Origin: an uncultured Actinomycetota bacterium
GTDB lineage: Bacteria; Actinomycetota; Actinomycetes; Mycobacteriales; Pseudonocardiaceae
Direction of reading: 5' to 3'
DNA length: 32,000 bases
Assembly (NCBI GenBank): GCA_963731455.1
Contig: CAVSVI010000005.1
Coordinates: 498,713 to 530,712, forward strand
The position numbers and the translations under genes are program-made. A model generated the notes under the pieces. That model was given only the letters and a program-made list of their open reading frames with translations. It had not been told where the DNA came from and made no database searches. This document shows positions 1 through 8,211 of the stretch, in pieces (position 1 is the first letter of the stretch; each line of letters begins with the position of its first letter).

Positions 1-1023
1 CCCGCGGTCGGCGACCCAGATGACCTTGCCCAAGGTCCAGTCCCGCAGATCGGCCTTGACCTGGTGGATCAGCGGCGAGTCCGCGGTGTTGCCGGGCCAG
101 GACCACACCCGCACCGGGATCCCCTCGCGGGTCACCGCCATGCCCACGATCACTTGGGGCAGGTCGTCGCGGGAGTCCTTGGACTTGCCCCAGGTGCGGA
201 ACCCGGCGCGGCCCACCGCCCCCAGCGGCGCGGCCTGCGCCTCGCCGGCCGCGCTCCCAGCGTCCCCGGCGGTGACCTCGGTGGCGTCCTCGCCACCGTC
301 GACCTGCACGGCACGGTCAGCATCGTCGGGGTCGGGGTCGGAGGCTACGACGCGGCCAGCCGCGTCGCGCCAGGCGGCGGGGTCGGCGTCCTCGGTCTCG
401 AAGTAGGTGCTGGTGGTGTCGAAGAAGATCAGGTCGACTTCCAGGTTGAGCAGGTCGGCGACCGCGTCATAGACCCCGCGCGCCAGCTCGGTCTCCACCG
501 AGAGCAGCCAGTCCATCGCCCGATAGCAGGCGTCGTCGGAGACCTCGGCGAGTCCGGGCAGCGCCACGTCACGGGCCACCCACGAGGTCGCGGCCAGCTT
601 CGAGGACGGCGCCAGGGCCCGGTTGGCGACCAGGGCGAAGAGCACCCGTTCGGCGGCCGGGTCCCGGCGGCGCCCGGCCAGCCCGCGCAGCAGCCGGTCG
701 ATGCCCAGCCGGCGCCACAGCCCGTCGAGTAGCCACGCCCCGCCCAGCGGGCGGGACTCAAGGAACTCCAGCCCCGGCGCCCCCACCACCCGGGCCCGGT
801 CCGGCGCGCCCGCCTCGTCGGCGGGTTCGCGGCCCAGCATGCGGGTCAGCGCGGTGATCAACCGCTCGATCGCCGCCCGGTCCAGCGCGTCGACGCGACC
901 GAAGGAGTACAGCACCTTCGTCCGCGCGGTCTTGGCCGTCGGGTCCCACTCGTTGTGGGCCAGCTGCAGGTAGCTGACCTTCGAGCCGTCCCGGTTGCGC
1001 CGGGTCGACGTACGCACGAACAC
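1..1023 (-). CDS. IS1634-family (IS4 superfamily) DDE transposase, N-terminal 341 codons; the gene continues beyond the left window edge
   Basis: Manual minus-strand translation from GTG at 1023 is open to position 1: VFVRTSTRRNRDGSKVSYLQLAHNEWDPTAKTARTKVLYSFGRVD...IFFDTTSTYFE...VIWVADRG. The N-terminus and the DTTS and ADRG acidic motifs are typical of IS1634-type transposases. An in-frame TGA lies just upstream of the GTG. The ORF track omits it because it has no stop within the window. Confidence 0.8.
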   Translation of the reverse strand, partial: MFVRTSTRRNRDGSKVSYLQLAHNEWDPTAKTARTKVLYSFGRVDALDRAAIERLITALTRMLGREPADEAGAPDRARVVGAPGLEFLESRPLGGAWLLDGLWRRLGIDRLLRGLAGRRRDPAAERVLFALVANRALAPSSKLAATSWVARDVALPGLAEVSDDACYRAMDWLLSVETELARGVYDAVADLLNLEVDLIFFDTTSTYFETEDADPAAWRDAAGRVVASDPDPDDADRAVQVDGGEDATEVTAGDAGSAAGEAQAAPLGAVGRAGFRTWGKSKDSRDDLPQVIVGMAVTREGIPVRVWSWPGNTADSPLIHQVKADLRDWTLGKVIWVADRG

Positions 1024-1176
1024 GCCACCAGAGTCTACACACCTAGCAGCAGCTCAAACGCCCAAGACACGCCAAGTCGTGTACTAGGACACCCCGGGTC
1101 GTAGGACCAGACCTCACGCCCCTGACCTGCACCGACACTGCCGAGCATGCACCAGAACGCCCCTCAGCTGCGGAAC
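1..1176 (-). mobile_element. Right-hand part of an IS1634-family insertion sequence; the inner boundary is only approximate
   Basis: A transposase 5' end at 1023 is followed by about 150 nt of noncoding DNA reaching the stop of the neighbouring protease gene. The terminal inverted repeat cannot be defined because the other IS end is outside the window. Confidence 0.45.
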
Positions 1177-2136
1177 TCAGGTCAGGACCGCCAGCTGGTC
1201 CGTGGTCGTCGCCGGGGCACCGTCGATCTCGGTGATCGTGTCGCCCGCGCGGAGCCCGGCACGCTGTGAGGGGCCGCCGGGCTGTACGTCGAGCACGTGC
1301 AGACCGCCGGGTACACCAGCCTGGCGGGCCGCCACCGCGGGGATGGGTAGTGCCTGCACGCCGAAGGCAGCATGGGTGACCCGGCCCGTCGCGATGAGTT
1401 CGTCGGCGAGGGGACGAGCGAAGTCGATCGGGATCGCGAACCCCAGTCCGATGCTGCCGCTCGTCGACTCCGTGGGGCTCGGGACGCTGGCCCCGGCGGT
1501 CGGCACTCCGACGATCTTTCCTGCACAGTCGACGAGTGCTCCGCCGCTGTTGCCCGGATTGATCGCGGCATCGGTCTGCAGCGCCGAGGCCAGCAGAGCA
1601 GCCCGCCCGCCGTCGCCAGGCACCTGGACCGTGCGGTCGAGCGCGCTCACGATCCCCGTCGTGACCGTGCCCGAGAGTCCCAGCGGTGCACCGACCGCCA
1701 CGACGGGGTCGCCGACGCGGACCGCAGCGCTCTCGCCGATCGCGATCGTCTGCAGCGGGTGTGGCGGCGCGACCTTGAGCACGGCGAGGTCCGTGAGGGG
1801 GTCTCGTCCGACGATGGTCGCAGGGACGGACGCTCCGTCCGCGAACATCACCTGCACGCGTCCACCACCGGCTCCCCCGGAGATGACGTGGTTGTTGGTC
1901 AGGACGTACCCGTCCGGCCGGATGACTTCTCCGGAGCCCGTGCCGCTGCCGGCCGGTCCGCCCGCGTTGATGGTGACCACCGAGGGGAGGACCCGGTCAG
2001 CCACCGTTCCGACAGCGCAGGTCGGTGGTGTCGGTGTGGAGGACGCGCCGACGACAGAACTGAGCAGGCCTCCTACCACCCCCGCGACGACCAGTGCTGC
2101 GGCGGCGACGACACCGATGAGCCAGCGGCGCCGCAT
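1177..2136 (-). CDS. HtrA/DegP-like trypsin-fold serine protease with N-terminal membrane anchor and a C-terminally short PDZ domain
   Basis: Motifs TNNHVI (His), DLAVLKV (Asp) and GNSGGALV (Ser), then a PDZ-like GLHVLDVQPGGPSQRAGLRAGDTITEIDG. ATG at 2136 follows AGGAGG with a 6-nt spacer, so it is preferred over the track start at 2178. The protein stops shortly after DQLAVLT. Confidence 0.85.
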   Translation of the reverse strand: MRRRWLIGVVAAAALVVAGVVGGLLSSVVGASSTPTPPTCAVGTVADRVLPSVVTINAGGPAGSGTGSGEVIRPDGYVLTNNHVISGGAGGGRVQVMFADGASVPATIVGRDPLTDLAVLKVAPPHPLQTIAIGESAAVRVGDPVVAVGAPLGLSGTVTTGIVSALDRTVQVPGDGGRAALLASALQTDAAINPGNSGGALVDCAGKIVGVPTAGASVPSPTESTSGSIGLGFAIPIDFARPLADELIATGRVTHAAFGVQALPIPAVAARQAGVPGGLHVLDVQPGGPSQRAGLRAGDTITEIDGAPATTTDQLAVLT

Positions 2137-2380
2137 GTCCGACCTCCTGATGTCCGACCGGGTGGAGCGATCCCTCACGACCTCTCGGGCGTCAGCGTCG
2201 AGGTGGGGTCCCTCGTGAGGGGACAGGAACCGACTGCTCGGTCGCCAGCGCCATACGGCGCGGATCGTCGGGCCCTACGGCCGCACCCGCGCGCCGCTCG
2301 GCCAGACCCCCGACGCTCGTATTGGGCCATCCGAGTGGACTTTGCGCCGAGCGGTCGTTTGGCTCACGGACCATACGGAC

Positions 2381-2452
2381 GCACATGTGTGCGCGTGCAC
2401 AGGGTTACCCACACCGTGTGCACGCGAGCACGTGTGCTAATCGCGGTGTGCG
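2381..2452. repeat. Cluster of GTGTGC/GTGCAC-type short palindromic repeats downstream of the parA-RHH operon (candidate centromere-like or operator site)
   Basis: GCACATGTGTGC at 2381-2392, GTGCAC at 2395-2400 and 2418-2423, GCACGTGTGC at 2428-2437, GGTGTGCGG at 2446-2454. All lie in noncoding DNA. Confidence 0.5.
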
Positions 2453-2511
2453 GTCCAACGCCCTTTCGCTCGGTGCAGCGTCGCTGGGGTGCGGGTCCTG
2501 GGTGAGGGGTG

Positions 2512-2973
2512 CTAACGCTCGTCGAGGTAGAGGCGGATGGCGTCGCGAAGCAGTTCCACGACCGGTCGTCCCTCGCGGATGGCCCTGATGTGCAGCTCGT
2601 CGCGGAGGGCGCGGGGCACCCGTCCGGACAGGTACACCAGCTCGGCCGAGGCCGATGCGGGGTCCGGGCCGGCGTCGTGGGCTTGGCGGTGGAACTGTCG
2701 GCGTCCCGCCCGTTCGCTGAAGCTCTGCTGCCCCTGCGGGGCGTGCTCCCGGCGGCTGGGGGCGTGCTCGCCCAGGGCGTGCTCGTCGGGCTGGTCGTCG
2801 TGGTCGGGGACGGGCATGAGCGAGGTGGGGGAGGGAGCCAACGCCGAACTCGGTCTCGGTCGTTGGCGGCCGGCGACCGGGCGCTGGCCGGAGGAGCTCG
2901 GCGTAGGCGGTGGGCCGCCCAGCTCGCGTTGGTGCGGCGCGGGACGCCGGGATCGGGGTTCAGGCGGCGGCAT
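2512..2973 (-). CDS. Ribbon-helix-helix (CopG/ParG-like) DNA-binding protein with a long Pro-rich disordered N-terminus; likely partner of the upstream ParA
   Basis: The C-terminal 45 aa ELVYLSGRVPRALRDELHIRAIREGRPVVELLRDAIRLYLDER fit a beta-strand plus two-helix RHH pattern. The start overlaps the parA stop by 14 nt. An internal start (MPVPDHDD) is possible. Confidence 0.6.
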   Translation of the reverse strand: MPPPEPRSRRPAPHQRELGGPPPTPSSSGQRPVAGRQRPRPSSALAPSPTSLMPVPDHDDQPDEHALGEHAPSRREHAPQGQQSFSERAGRRQFHRQAHDAGPDPASASAELVYLSGRVPRALRDELHIRAIREGRPVVELLRDAIRLYLDER

Positions 2974-3778
2974 GGGCCTGGGCCTCCAGGTGGTCGGCGA
3001 GGGCGGCGAAGACCGCGATCAGCGGACGGGTGGCGGCCCCGCGGCCGCGCAGCGGAGCTGCGGCGTCGATCGCCTCGGCCAGCCCCGCGCGGGAGGGCAC
3101 CGGCGGGGACCACAGCAGCGCGCCGAAGGTGTCGGTGACCGAGTCGGTGTGCCAGTGGTGCAGCCCGCGGCGCCGGTCGTGTTCGTTGATGACGACTCCG
3201 GCCACGTGCAGATGTGGGCGCCCGAGATGGCGACGGTAGGTCGCGATGAAGTCTCGGACCCGGATCGCGCCCTGGAGGTGGTCGTACTCCGGACGCAGCA
3301 CGAGCACCACGGCCTCGGCGGCGGCGAGGCCGAGCTGGGTCAGGTGACCCAGCGCGGGCGGGCAGTCGATCAGGACGACGTCGTAGTCCTCGCCCACCCC
3401 CTCGAGGGCGCGTTCGAGACGTTCATGGGCGCCCAGGGTGCCGGCCTCGGAGACCCGTGCCTCGAGGTCGTAGCGGGCCGGCAGCAGGTCGATGCGCTCG
3501 ACCAGCCCCGGATAGGCCGGCAGCGACCAGCGGCAGCCCACGATGCCGTCGCCCGCGCAGCCTGGGGCGTTGGCGGCCACCACCTCGGCGGTGGTGACCA
3601 TGTCCACCAGCTCGGCTTCGCCGTAGCCCAGGCGCCGGGAGAGGTTGGCCTGCGGGTCCATGTCGATCGCGAGCACCCGACGACCGCGGGCGGCCAGGGC
3701 TTCGGCGAGGTAGACGATGACCGTGGTCTTGCCGGCCCCGCCCTTGTTGTTGGCCACCGCGACCCGCACCGCTCCCAC
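2960..3778 (-). CDS. parA: ParA/Soj-family partition ATPase (deviant Walker A)
   Basis: VAVANNKGGAGKTTVIVYLAEALAARGRRVLAIDMDPQANLS carries the KGGxGKT deviant Walker A; VVLIDCPP is Walker B-like. The start is set at GTG 3778 (or 3769), just before the P-loop. The track start at 3907 adds an implausible 43-aa extension. Confidence 0.85.
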   Translation of the reverse strand: MGAVRVAVANNKGGAGKTTVIVYLAEALAARGRRVLAIDMDPQANLSRRLGYGEAELVDMVTTAEVVAANAPGCAGDGIVGCRWSLPAYPGLVERIDLLPARYDLEARVSEAGTLGAHERLERALEGVGEDYDVVLIDCPPALGHLTQLGLAAAEAVVLVLRPEYDHLQGAIRVRDFIATYRRHLGRPHLHVAGVVINEHDRRRGLHHWHTDSVTDTFGALLWSPPVPSRAGLAEAIDAAAPLRGRGAATRPLIAVFAALADHLEAQAHAAA

Positions 3779-3844
3779 CCCCCGCGCTGGCCGTGCTCTG
3801 TCCCGCGGCCCGACGGCGCGCCTGCTTGCATCCGCAGCGCCCCC

Positions 3845-3907
3845 TGTGCACGGTCGCACTGAGGCGCGTGCGCTCACAAGCACTGCGACACGTGTGCACA
3901 TGTGCAC
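3845..3907. promoter_or_regulatory. Candidate parA operator or centromere-like site, including a perfect 14-bp palindrome
   Basis: TGTGCAC at 3845-3851 and GTGCACATGTGCAC at 3894-3907, which is perfectly self-complementary. The site lies about 115-130 nt upstream of the parA start. The same GTGCAC core occurs in the cluster at 2381-2452. Confidence 0.5.
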
Positions 3908-4143
3908 TGCCGGGCGGTAAGCCCGACCGGTGGTATCCCCCCGCGCAGGCGGGTGAAGCCACCGAGGGTGATCGAGGCGCCCTCAGGTCTCGGCGCCATC
4001 GCGGGCCCCACCGACGAGCTGTCCGCGGCTCTAGGCTCACCTCTCCACCTACCGCGCCAGGCCCGGCCCGCCGCCCCCGGCGAGTCGGTACGCGCCCTGG
4101 TTGCGGCGAGCGGGCGACCAGCGGGAGAAGGGACCGATCGTCG

Positions 4144-4539
4144 ATGACCATCAGCGGTGATCCCCACCCGCCACCCGAACCCCGACCCGCGGCACGCGTC
4201 GCTGCGCTGCGCGCCTCGAGCGACAGCGACGGGGCCACCACGGTGATCCACCTGGCGGGCAGCCTGCGCTGTGCCACCGCGCCCGCCCTGCGCGAAGCGC
4301 TCGATGCCGCCCTCGACCAGCGACCCGCCACCATCGTGGTCAACCTCGCTGAGGTCCGGGCCGACGACGAGCTCGGGCTCTGGGTGCTGCCCGCGATGGC
4401 CGGCGACGCCGCCCGCCGCGGGATCGAACTCGTCATCGCCGCGCCCCACCGGGCGCTGCGGGTGCGACTGCGTTGTCTGGGCGGGCACCACCTACAGATC
4501 ACCGACGTCGTCCCCGCAGTGGGCCGCTCCTCGTGGTGA
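4144..4539 (+). CDS. STAS-domain protein (anti-sigma-factor antagonist, SpoIIAA/RsbV-like)
   Basis: TTVIHLAGSLRCATAPALREALDAALDQRPATIVVNLAEVRADDELGLWVL...GIELVIAAPHRALRVRLRCLG fits the STAS layout. ATG at 4144 follows GGGAGAAGGGA. The long upstream part of track ORF 3793..4539 is treated as non-coding. Confidence 0.6.
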   Translation: MTISGDPHPPPEPRPAARVAALRASSDSDGATTVIHLAGSLRCATAPALREALDAALDQRPATIVVNLAEVRADDELGLWVLPAMAGDAARRGIELVIAAPHRALRVRLRCLGGHHLQITDVVPAVGRSSW

Positions 4540-4556
4540 CCGGCCGGGCTGGTCAC
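4536..4556. terminator. Hairpin spanning both stop codons of the convergent STAS and lipoprotein genes
   Basis: GTGACC (4536-4541) pairs with GGTCAC (4551-4556) around a 9-nt loop. There is no U-tract. Confidence 0.3.
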
Positions 4557-5305
4557 GCGGGGGCGATGTCGACGTCGACCAGGCCCCAGAAGCCGGAGCC
4601 GGGCGGGGCGAGGTTGCCGGTGAGCATGGGCCCGCCGCGCCACGAGCCCGGCGGGTCGAGCTGGCTGAGCTGGTAGAGGTCGCGGTCACCGACGGGGCCG
4701 CCGTCGGTGGGCATGACGTTCACCGGGCGGAAGCCGGGCACGAGGGTGATCGGGGTGTTCTGGCGGCCGTCGCCGTAGACGGTGAGCACGTCCTCGCCGG
4801 GCGGCACGCTCTGGCGCAGCTGCGGCACGGTGAAGTGGCCGTTGAGATCGGTGGTGGAGTCGAACCGGGCGCTGCGGTAGGCGATCACGGTGAGCGCGTG
4901 GCCCTCGTCGCCGTGTTTGACGGTGAGCTCGCTGCTCACGGTGATCCCGGCTTCGGTGCCGGTGCCCGGCGCGGTGTAGACGTCGATGATCGAGCCGAAG
5001 ACGACGTGGTGGTCGCGCAGCGTCCATCGGTGGCGGCCGGAGTCGGCGACCGCGCTGTGCTGGTTCGGGGGGTTGTCCGGTCCGTCGCCCATCGCCACCG
5101 CGACGAGCAGGTTGGCCCCGGCCGTGTCCGGGGGAAGGATCATGGTCGCGTCGCCGTCTTCGCGGGGGGACTGCGCGGTCGCGGAGGCGAGGAAGCCCAC
5201 GTTCGGCGCGCTGGGGGCCCCACAGCTCGCCAAGGGCAGCACGGCGAGCGTCGAGACGAGCGCCGCGATCAACCGCCGCCGGGGCGTTCCCACTCCGGAT
5301 CGCAC
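4553..5305 (-). CDS. Secreted lipoprotein of unknown function
   Basis: From GTG 5305: VRSGVGTPRRRLIAALVSTLAVLPLASCG, a signal peptide with a lipobox (LASC). The remainder is beta-rich with no motif I recognise. The track ORF to 5767 would overlap the divergent patatin gene. Confidence 0.6.
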   Translation of the reverse strand: MRSGVGTPRRRLIAALVSTLAVLPLASCGAPSAPNVGFLASATAQSPREDGDATMILPPDTAGANLLVAVAMGDGPDNPPNQHSAVADSGRHRWTLRDHHVVFGSIIDVYTAPGTGTEAGITVSSELTVKHGDEGHALTVIAYRSARFDSTTDLNGHFTVPQLRQSVPPGEDVLTVYGDGRQNTPITLVPGFRPVNVMPTDGGPVGDRDLYQLSQLDPPGSWRGGPMLTGNLAPPGSGFWGLVDVDIAPA

Positions 5306-5438
5306 AACCCGACCCCTCGCCCCGTAGCCGACCGTGTCCTTGGGATGCCACCGTAGGGTTCCCGTCGGCGCGCGGGACGCCTTCCGCGTGGGTCCCGGCC
5401 CTGCTCGCCGCACGCCCCGACCCTCCCCGGGAGCCGAC

Positions 5439-6710
5439 GTGACCTCTGCCGCCCCGCGGCGCCTCGCCCTGGCGTGCCAGGGCGGCGGCAGCCACACCGC
5501 CTTCACCGCCGGCGCCCTGGCGCGCCTGTTCGACACCGGCGCCGTGACCGGGCAGGAGATCGTCGGGATCAGCGGCACCTCCGGTGGCGCCATCAACGCG
5601 CTGATCACGTGGTCGTGTCTGGTCCGGGGCCGCCCGGAGGAGATCGGGTCGGCGCTGGCCGGGTTCTGGGCCGACAATGCGGCGACCAGCCCGTTCGCAC
5701 GTCTGGCCAACCTCGTCATGCTCGGGACCGGGATCGGGCAGAACCTCGGCCTGGTGCCCCCGCTCAACCCTTACCTCCTCCCGCCGGCGTTCGACGGGCG
5801 GGAGGAGTTCCGGCGGCTGCTGCGCCGCCACGTCGACTTCGACGCGCTCCCCGTCGACGTCGAGGGTCGGTACCCGCGCCTGGTGCTGGGTGCCGTCGAG
5901 GTCCTCACCGGCGAGTTCCGGGCCTTCGACAGCCGCCGCGACCGCATCACCCCCGACACCGTGCTCGCCTCGGCGGCGATCCCCACCCTGTTCCGGGCGA
6001 TCTCCGTCGAGGGCGGCGTCTATTGGGACGGGCTGTTCTCCCAGAACCCGCCGGTCTCCCAGCTCGTCGACGACCGTCCCGACGAGCTCTGGGTCCTCCA
6101 GATCAACCCGAGCCGCATCGACCGCGAGCCGCGCACCACCCTCGACATCGCCGAGCGCCGCAACGAGCTCGCGGGCAACCTCTCGCTCAACCAGGAGCTG
6201 CACGGCATCGAGCGCATCGACCAGCTGCTCGAGTCCGGGGCGCTGGCCGAGGCCAGCGGCTACCGGCCGATCATGGTCCGCGTCCTGGAGATGCCGCGGG
6301 CCCCGTACTCCGACCTGCTCGGCGCCGCGTCGAAGCTCAACCGCGACCCGGTGTTCCTCGCCCACCTGCAGCGCAGCGGGGCCGAGCAGGCCGACCGGTT
6401 CCTCGTCGGGCTCGCCCTCGAACGGGCATGGCTCGACCACGACGCCGAGACCGTGACCGATCTGCTGCGCCGCGCGCGGATCACGGTGGCGGCGCCGTTC
6501 GCCCCGCTCTCCGGCGACCCGGTGGCCGCCGCCGGCGAGCTGCTCGCCCGCGAGGTCACCGTCGATCCGACCCGCAAGCAGCTCGCCGGTGCCGAGATCA
6601 AGTGGCGGGTTCGCGTGTCCCGACCAGATCAGACGATCGTCGAGGGCACGGCGACCGCGATCGTCGACCAGGGCCGGATCAGCACGCTGCGCCTGGGTCC
6701 CGCCACCTGA
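5439..6710 (+). CDS. Patatin-like phospholipase with a C-terminal extension of about 100 aa
   Basis: Oxyanion motif CQGGGSHTAF, nucleophile elbow GTSGGA (GxSxG) and catalytic Asp motif WDGLFS. GTG at 5439 follows GGGAG with a 6-nt spacer. Confidence 0.8.
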   Translation: MTSAAPRRLALACQGGGSHTAFTAGALARLFDTGAVTGQEIVGISGTSGGAINALITWSCLVRGRPEEIGSALAGFWADNAATSPFARLANLVMLGTGIGQNLGLVPPLNPYLLPPAFDGREEFRRLLRRHVDFDALPVDVEGRYPRLVLGAVEVLTGEFRAFDSRRDRITPDTVLASAAIPTLFRAISVEGGVYWDGLFSQNPPVSQLVDDRPDELWVLQINPSRIDREPRTTLDIAERRNELAGNLSLNQELHGIERIDQLLESGALAEASGYRPIMVRVLEMPRAPYSDLLGAASKLNRDPVFLAHLQRSGAEQADRFLVGLALERAWLDHDAETVTDLLRRARITVAAPFAPLSGDPVAAAGELLAREVTVDPTRKQLAGAEIKWRVRVSRPDQTIVEGTATAIVDQGRISTLRLGPAT

Positions 6711-6738
6711 GCGCCGCGACGGCCGTCGGCGACCTGCT

Positions 6739-6844
6739 CCGATCTCCAATGCGAGGCTCGAGGTGGGAGATCGGGTCGGCAGGCCCGGGTGGGCCCTGGC
6801 GACCAGGGACAGCACCCTCACCTGTGACCCGGTCGCCAGGGCCC
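6739..6844 (+). terminator. Two consecutive strong hairpins downstream of the patatin gene
   Basis: CCGATCTCC (6739-6747) pairs with GGAGATCGG (6766-6774). A perfect 14-bp stem is formed by GGGCCCTGGCGACC (6791-6804) and GGTCGCCAGGGCCC (6831-6844). There is no U-tract, as is common in high-GC actinobacteria. Confidence 0.45.
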
Positions 6845-7233
6845 GCCGTCGAGACGGTGGACTGGTTGATCCCGGGCAGCTGACCGGCTCGACGGTTCGG
6901 GCAGTGTGCGCTTCTCAGCCGTTCCTGGCCACCCTCACCTCAGCCCGACGAGGTCGGGGTTGCAAGGGAAGAACCGGTACTCCTCGAACTCTCCGGACTC
7001 GGTGTAGATCACTGCGAGCGCACGGCAGGGGGGCTCACGGTGTTGAGCGGCCCTTATCTCGAAGTCTGGCGGGTCTCTCACACCTGGCAGCGGTCGCTGC
7101 CATCCGTTGTCAGTTGCGGCTATAACCGCAGCTCAGCGGGCCCCGGGTCGGCCCTGTCCTGCTGCGCGCGGGTAGGGGATGACAGACTCTCGCTCGGACA
7201 GGTGTGTCGGGACGGTTGGCGGGAGACGCGCGC

Positions 7234-8058
7234 ATGAGCAACAGGCAGGACCCCGGCGGTCCGGTGTCGGTCGACCGGACCAAGGCGAGCATCGCCCGGG
7301 TCTACGACTGCGCGCTGGGCGGCAAGGACAACTATGAGGTCGACCGCGAAGTTGTCGAGAAGCTGCGTCAAGTCGCCCCTGAGATCACGCAGTTCACCAT
7401 CGATCACCGACAGTTCCTCATCCGCGTCGCCCGGTTCCTCACCGGCGAGGCCGAGCTCGACCAGTTCCTCGACCTCGGCTCGGGCCTACCGACAGCCGAG
7501 AACACCCACCAGGTCGCGCAGCGGATCAACCCCAAGACCCGCGTGGTGTACGTCGACAACGACCCGTCGGTCGTCGCCCACGGGCGGGCGCTGCTCGAGG
7601 AGAACGAGCTCTCCCGGTTCAGTGCAGCCGACCTGACCAATCCCGACGCGGTGCTGTCGGACCCGGTCGTGTCGGGCCACCTCGACTTCACCAGGCCCAT
7701 CGGCCTGCTCCAGCTGGGCACGCTGCACCACCACGTCGGTGAGCCGGCCCCGGCCGAGATCATGCAGCGCTACATTGACGCGCTCCCCTCGGGCTCCTAC
7801 GTGGCGCTGAGCCACTTCTACGACCCGCAGGACGAGAACAGTGAGCTCGCCCGCCGCATGGAGGCCGTGTTCGTGCACAGCCCGCTAGGCAGCGGGGTCT
7901 TCCGCACCAAGTCCGAAATCCTCGCGATGCTGCCGGGACTCGAGCTCATCGACCCCGGCTTCTCGCTGCTGGTGGACTGGTGGCCGGACGGGCCGCGCCT
8001 CAAGCCCTACCTGCCGTCCCAGCGCTGCCTGGCGGGCGCGGTCGGACGCAAGCCCTGA
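7234..8058 (+). CDS. SAM-dependent methyltransferase of the actinobacterial DUF574 (Methyltransf_19) type
   Basis: N-terminal ARVYDCALGGKDNYEVDR motif, LDLGSGLP SAM-binding loop, VVYVDNDP, and the C-terminal WWPDGP...LAGAVGRKP ending typical of this family. ATG at 7234 follows GGGAG. Confidence 0.75.
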   Translation: MSNRQDPGGPVSVDRTKASIARVYDCALGGKDNYEVDREVVEKLRQVAPEITQFTIDHRQFLIRVARFLTGEAELDQFLDLGSGLPTAENTHQVAQRINPKTRVVYVDNDPSVVAHGRALLEENELSRFSAADLTNPDAVLSDPVVSGHLDFTRPIGLLQLGTLHHHVGEPAPAEIMQRYIDALPSGSYVALSHFYDPQDENSELARRMEAVFVHSPLGSGVFRTKSEILAMLPGLELIDPGFSLLVDWWPDGPRLKPYLPSQRCLAGAVGRKP

Positions 8059-8211
8059 GCCGAGCGGGGCACCGGTGAGAGTCGTCGGTCCAGGTCTGGA
8101 TCGCCGTGTCGGCCGAGCGTGGCGAGAAGCGCGGCTCCGATGTGCCCACCGCGGCCGCTCGGCCGGCTCATGGCGAAACGTCGTGCAACCCGCGTCGCGA
8201 GGGAGAGCGTG

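Noticed and set aside
4144-4539. The STAS protein as part of a partner-switching sigma-factor module.
   Set aside because: No RsbW/SpoIIAB-type kinase, PP2C phosphatase or sigma factor gene is nearby. It is reported only as an orphan STAS gene.
4686-6821. A 711-aa minus-strand ORF, the longest in this area, plus similar giants (2537..3862 +, 3423..4643 -, 28003..29250 +, 30373..31581 -, and the first 439 codons of 10379..13162 +).
   Set aside because: They are Arg/Pro/Gly/Ala-rich low-complexity translations lying antisense or out of frame to genes with clear catalytic motifs. This is the usual stop-codon-poor artefact of DNA with roughly 70% GC.
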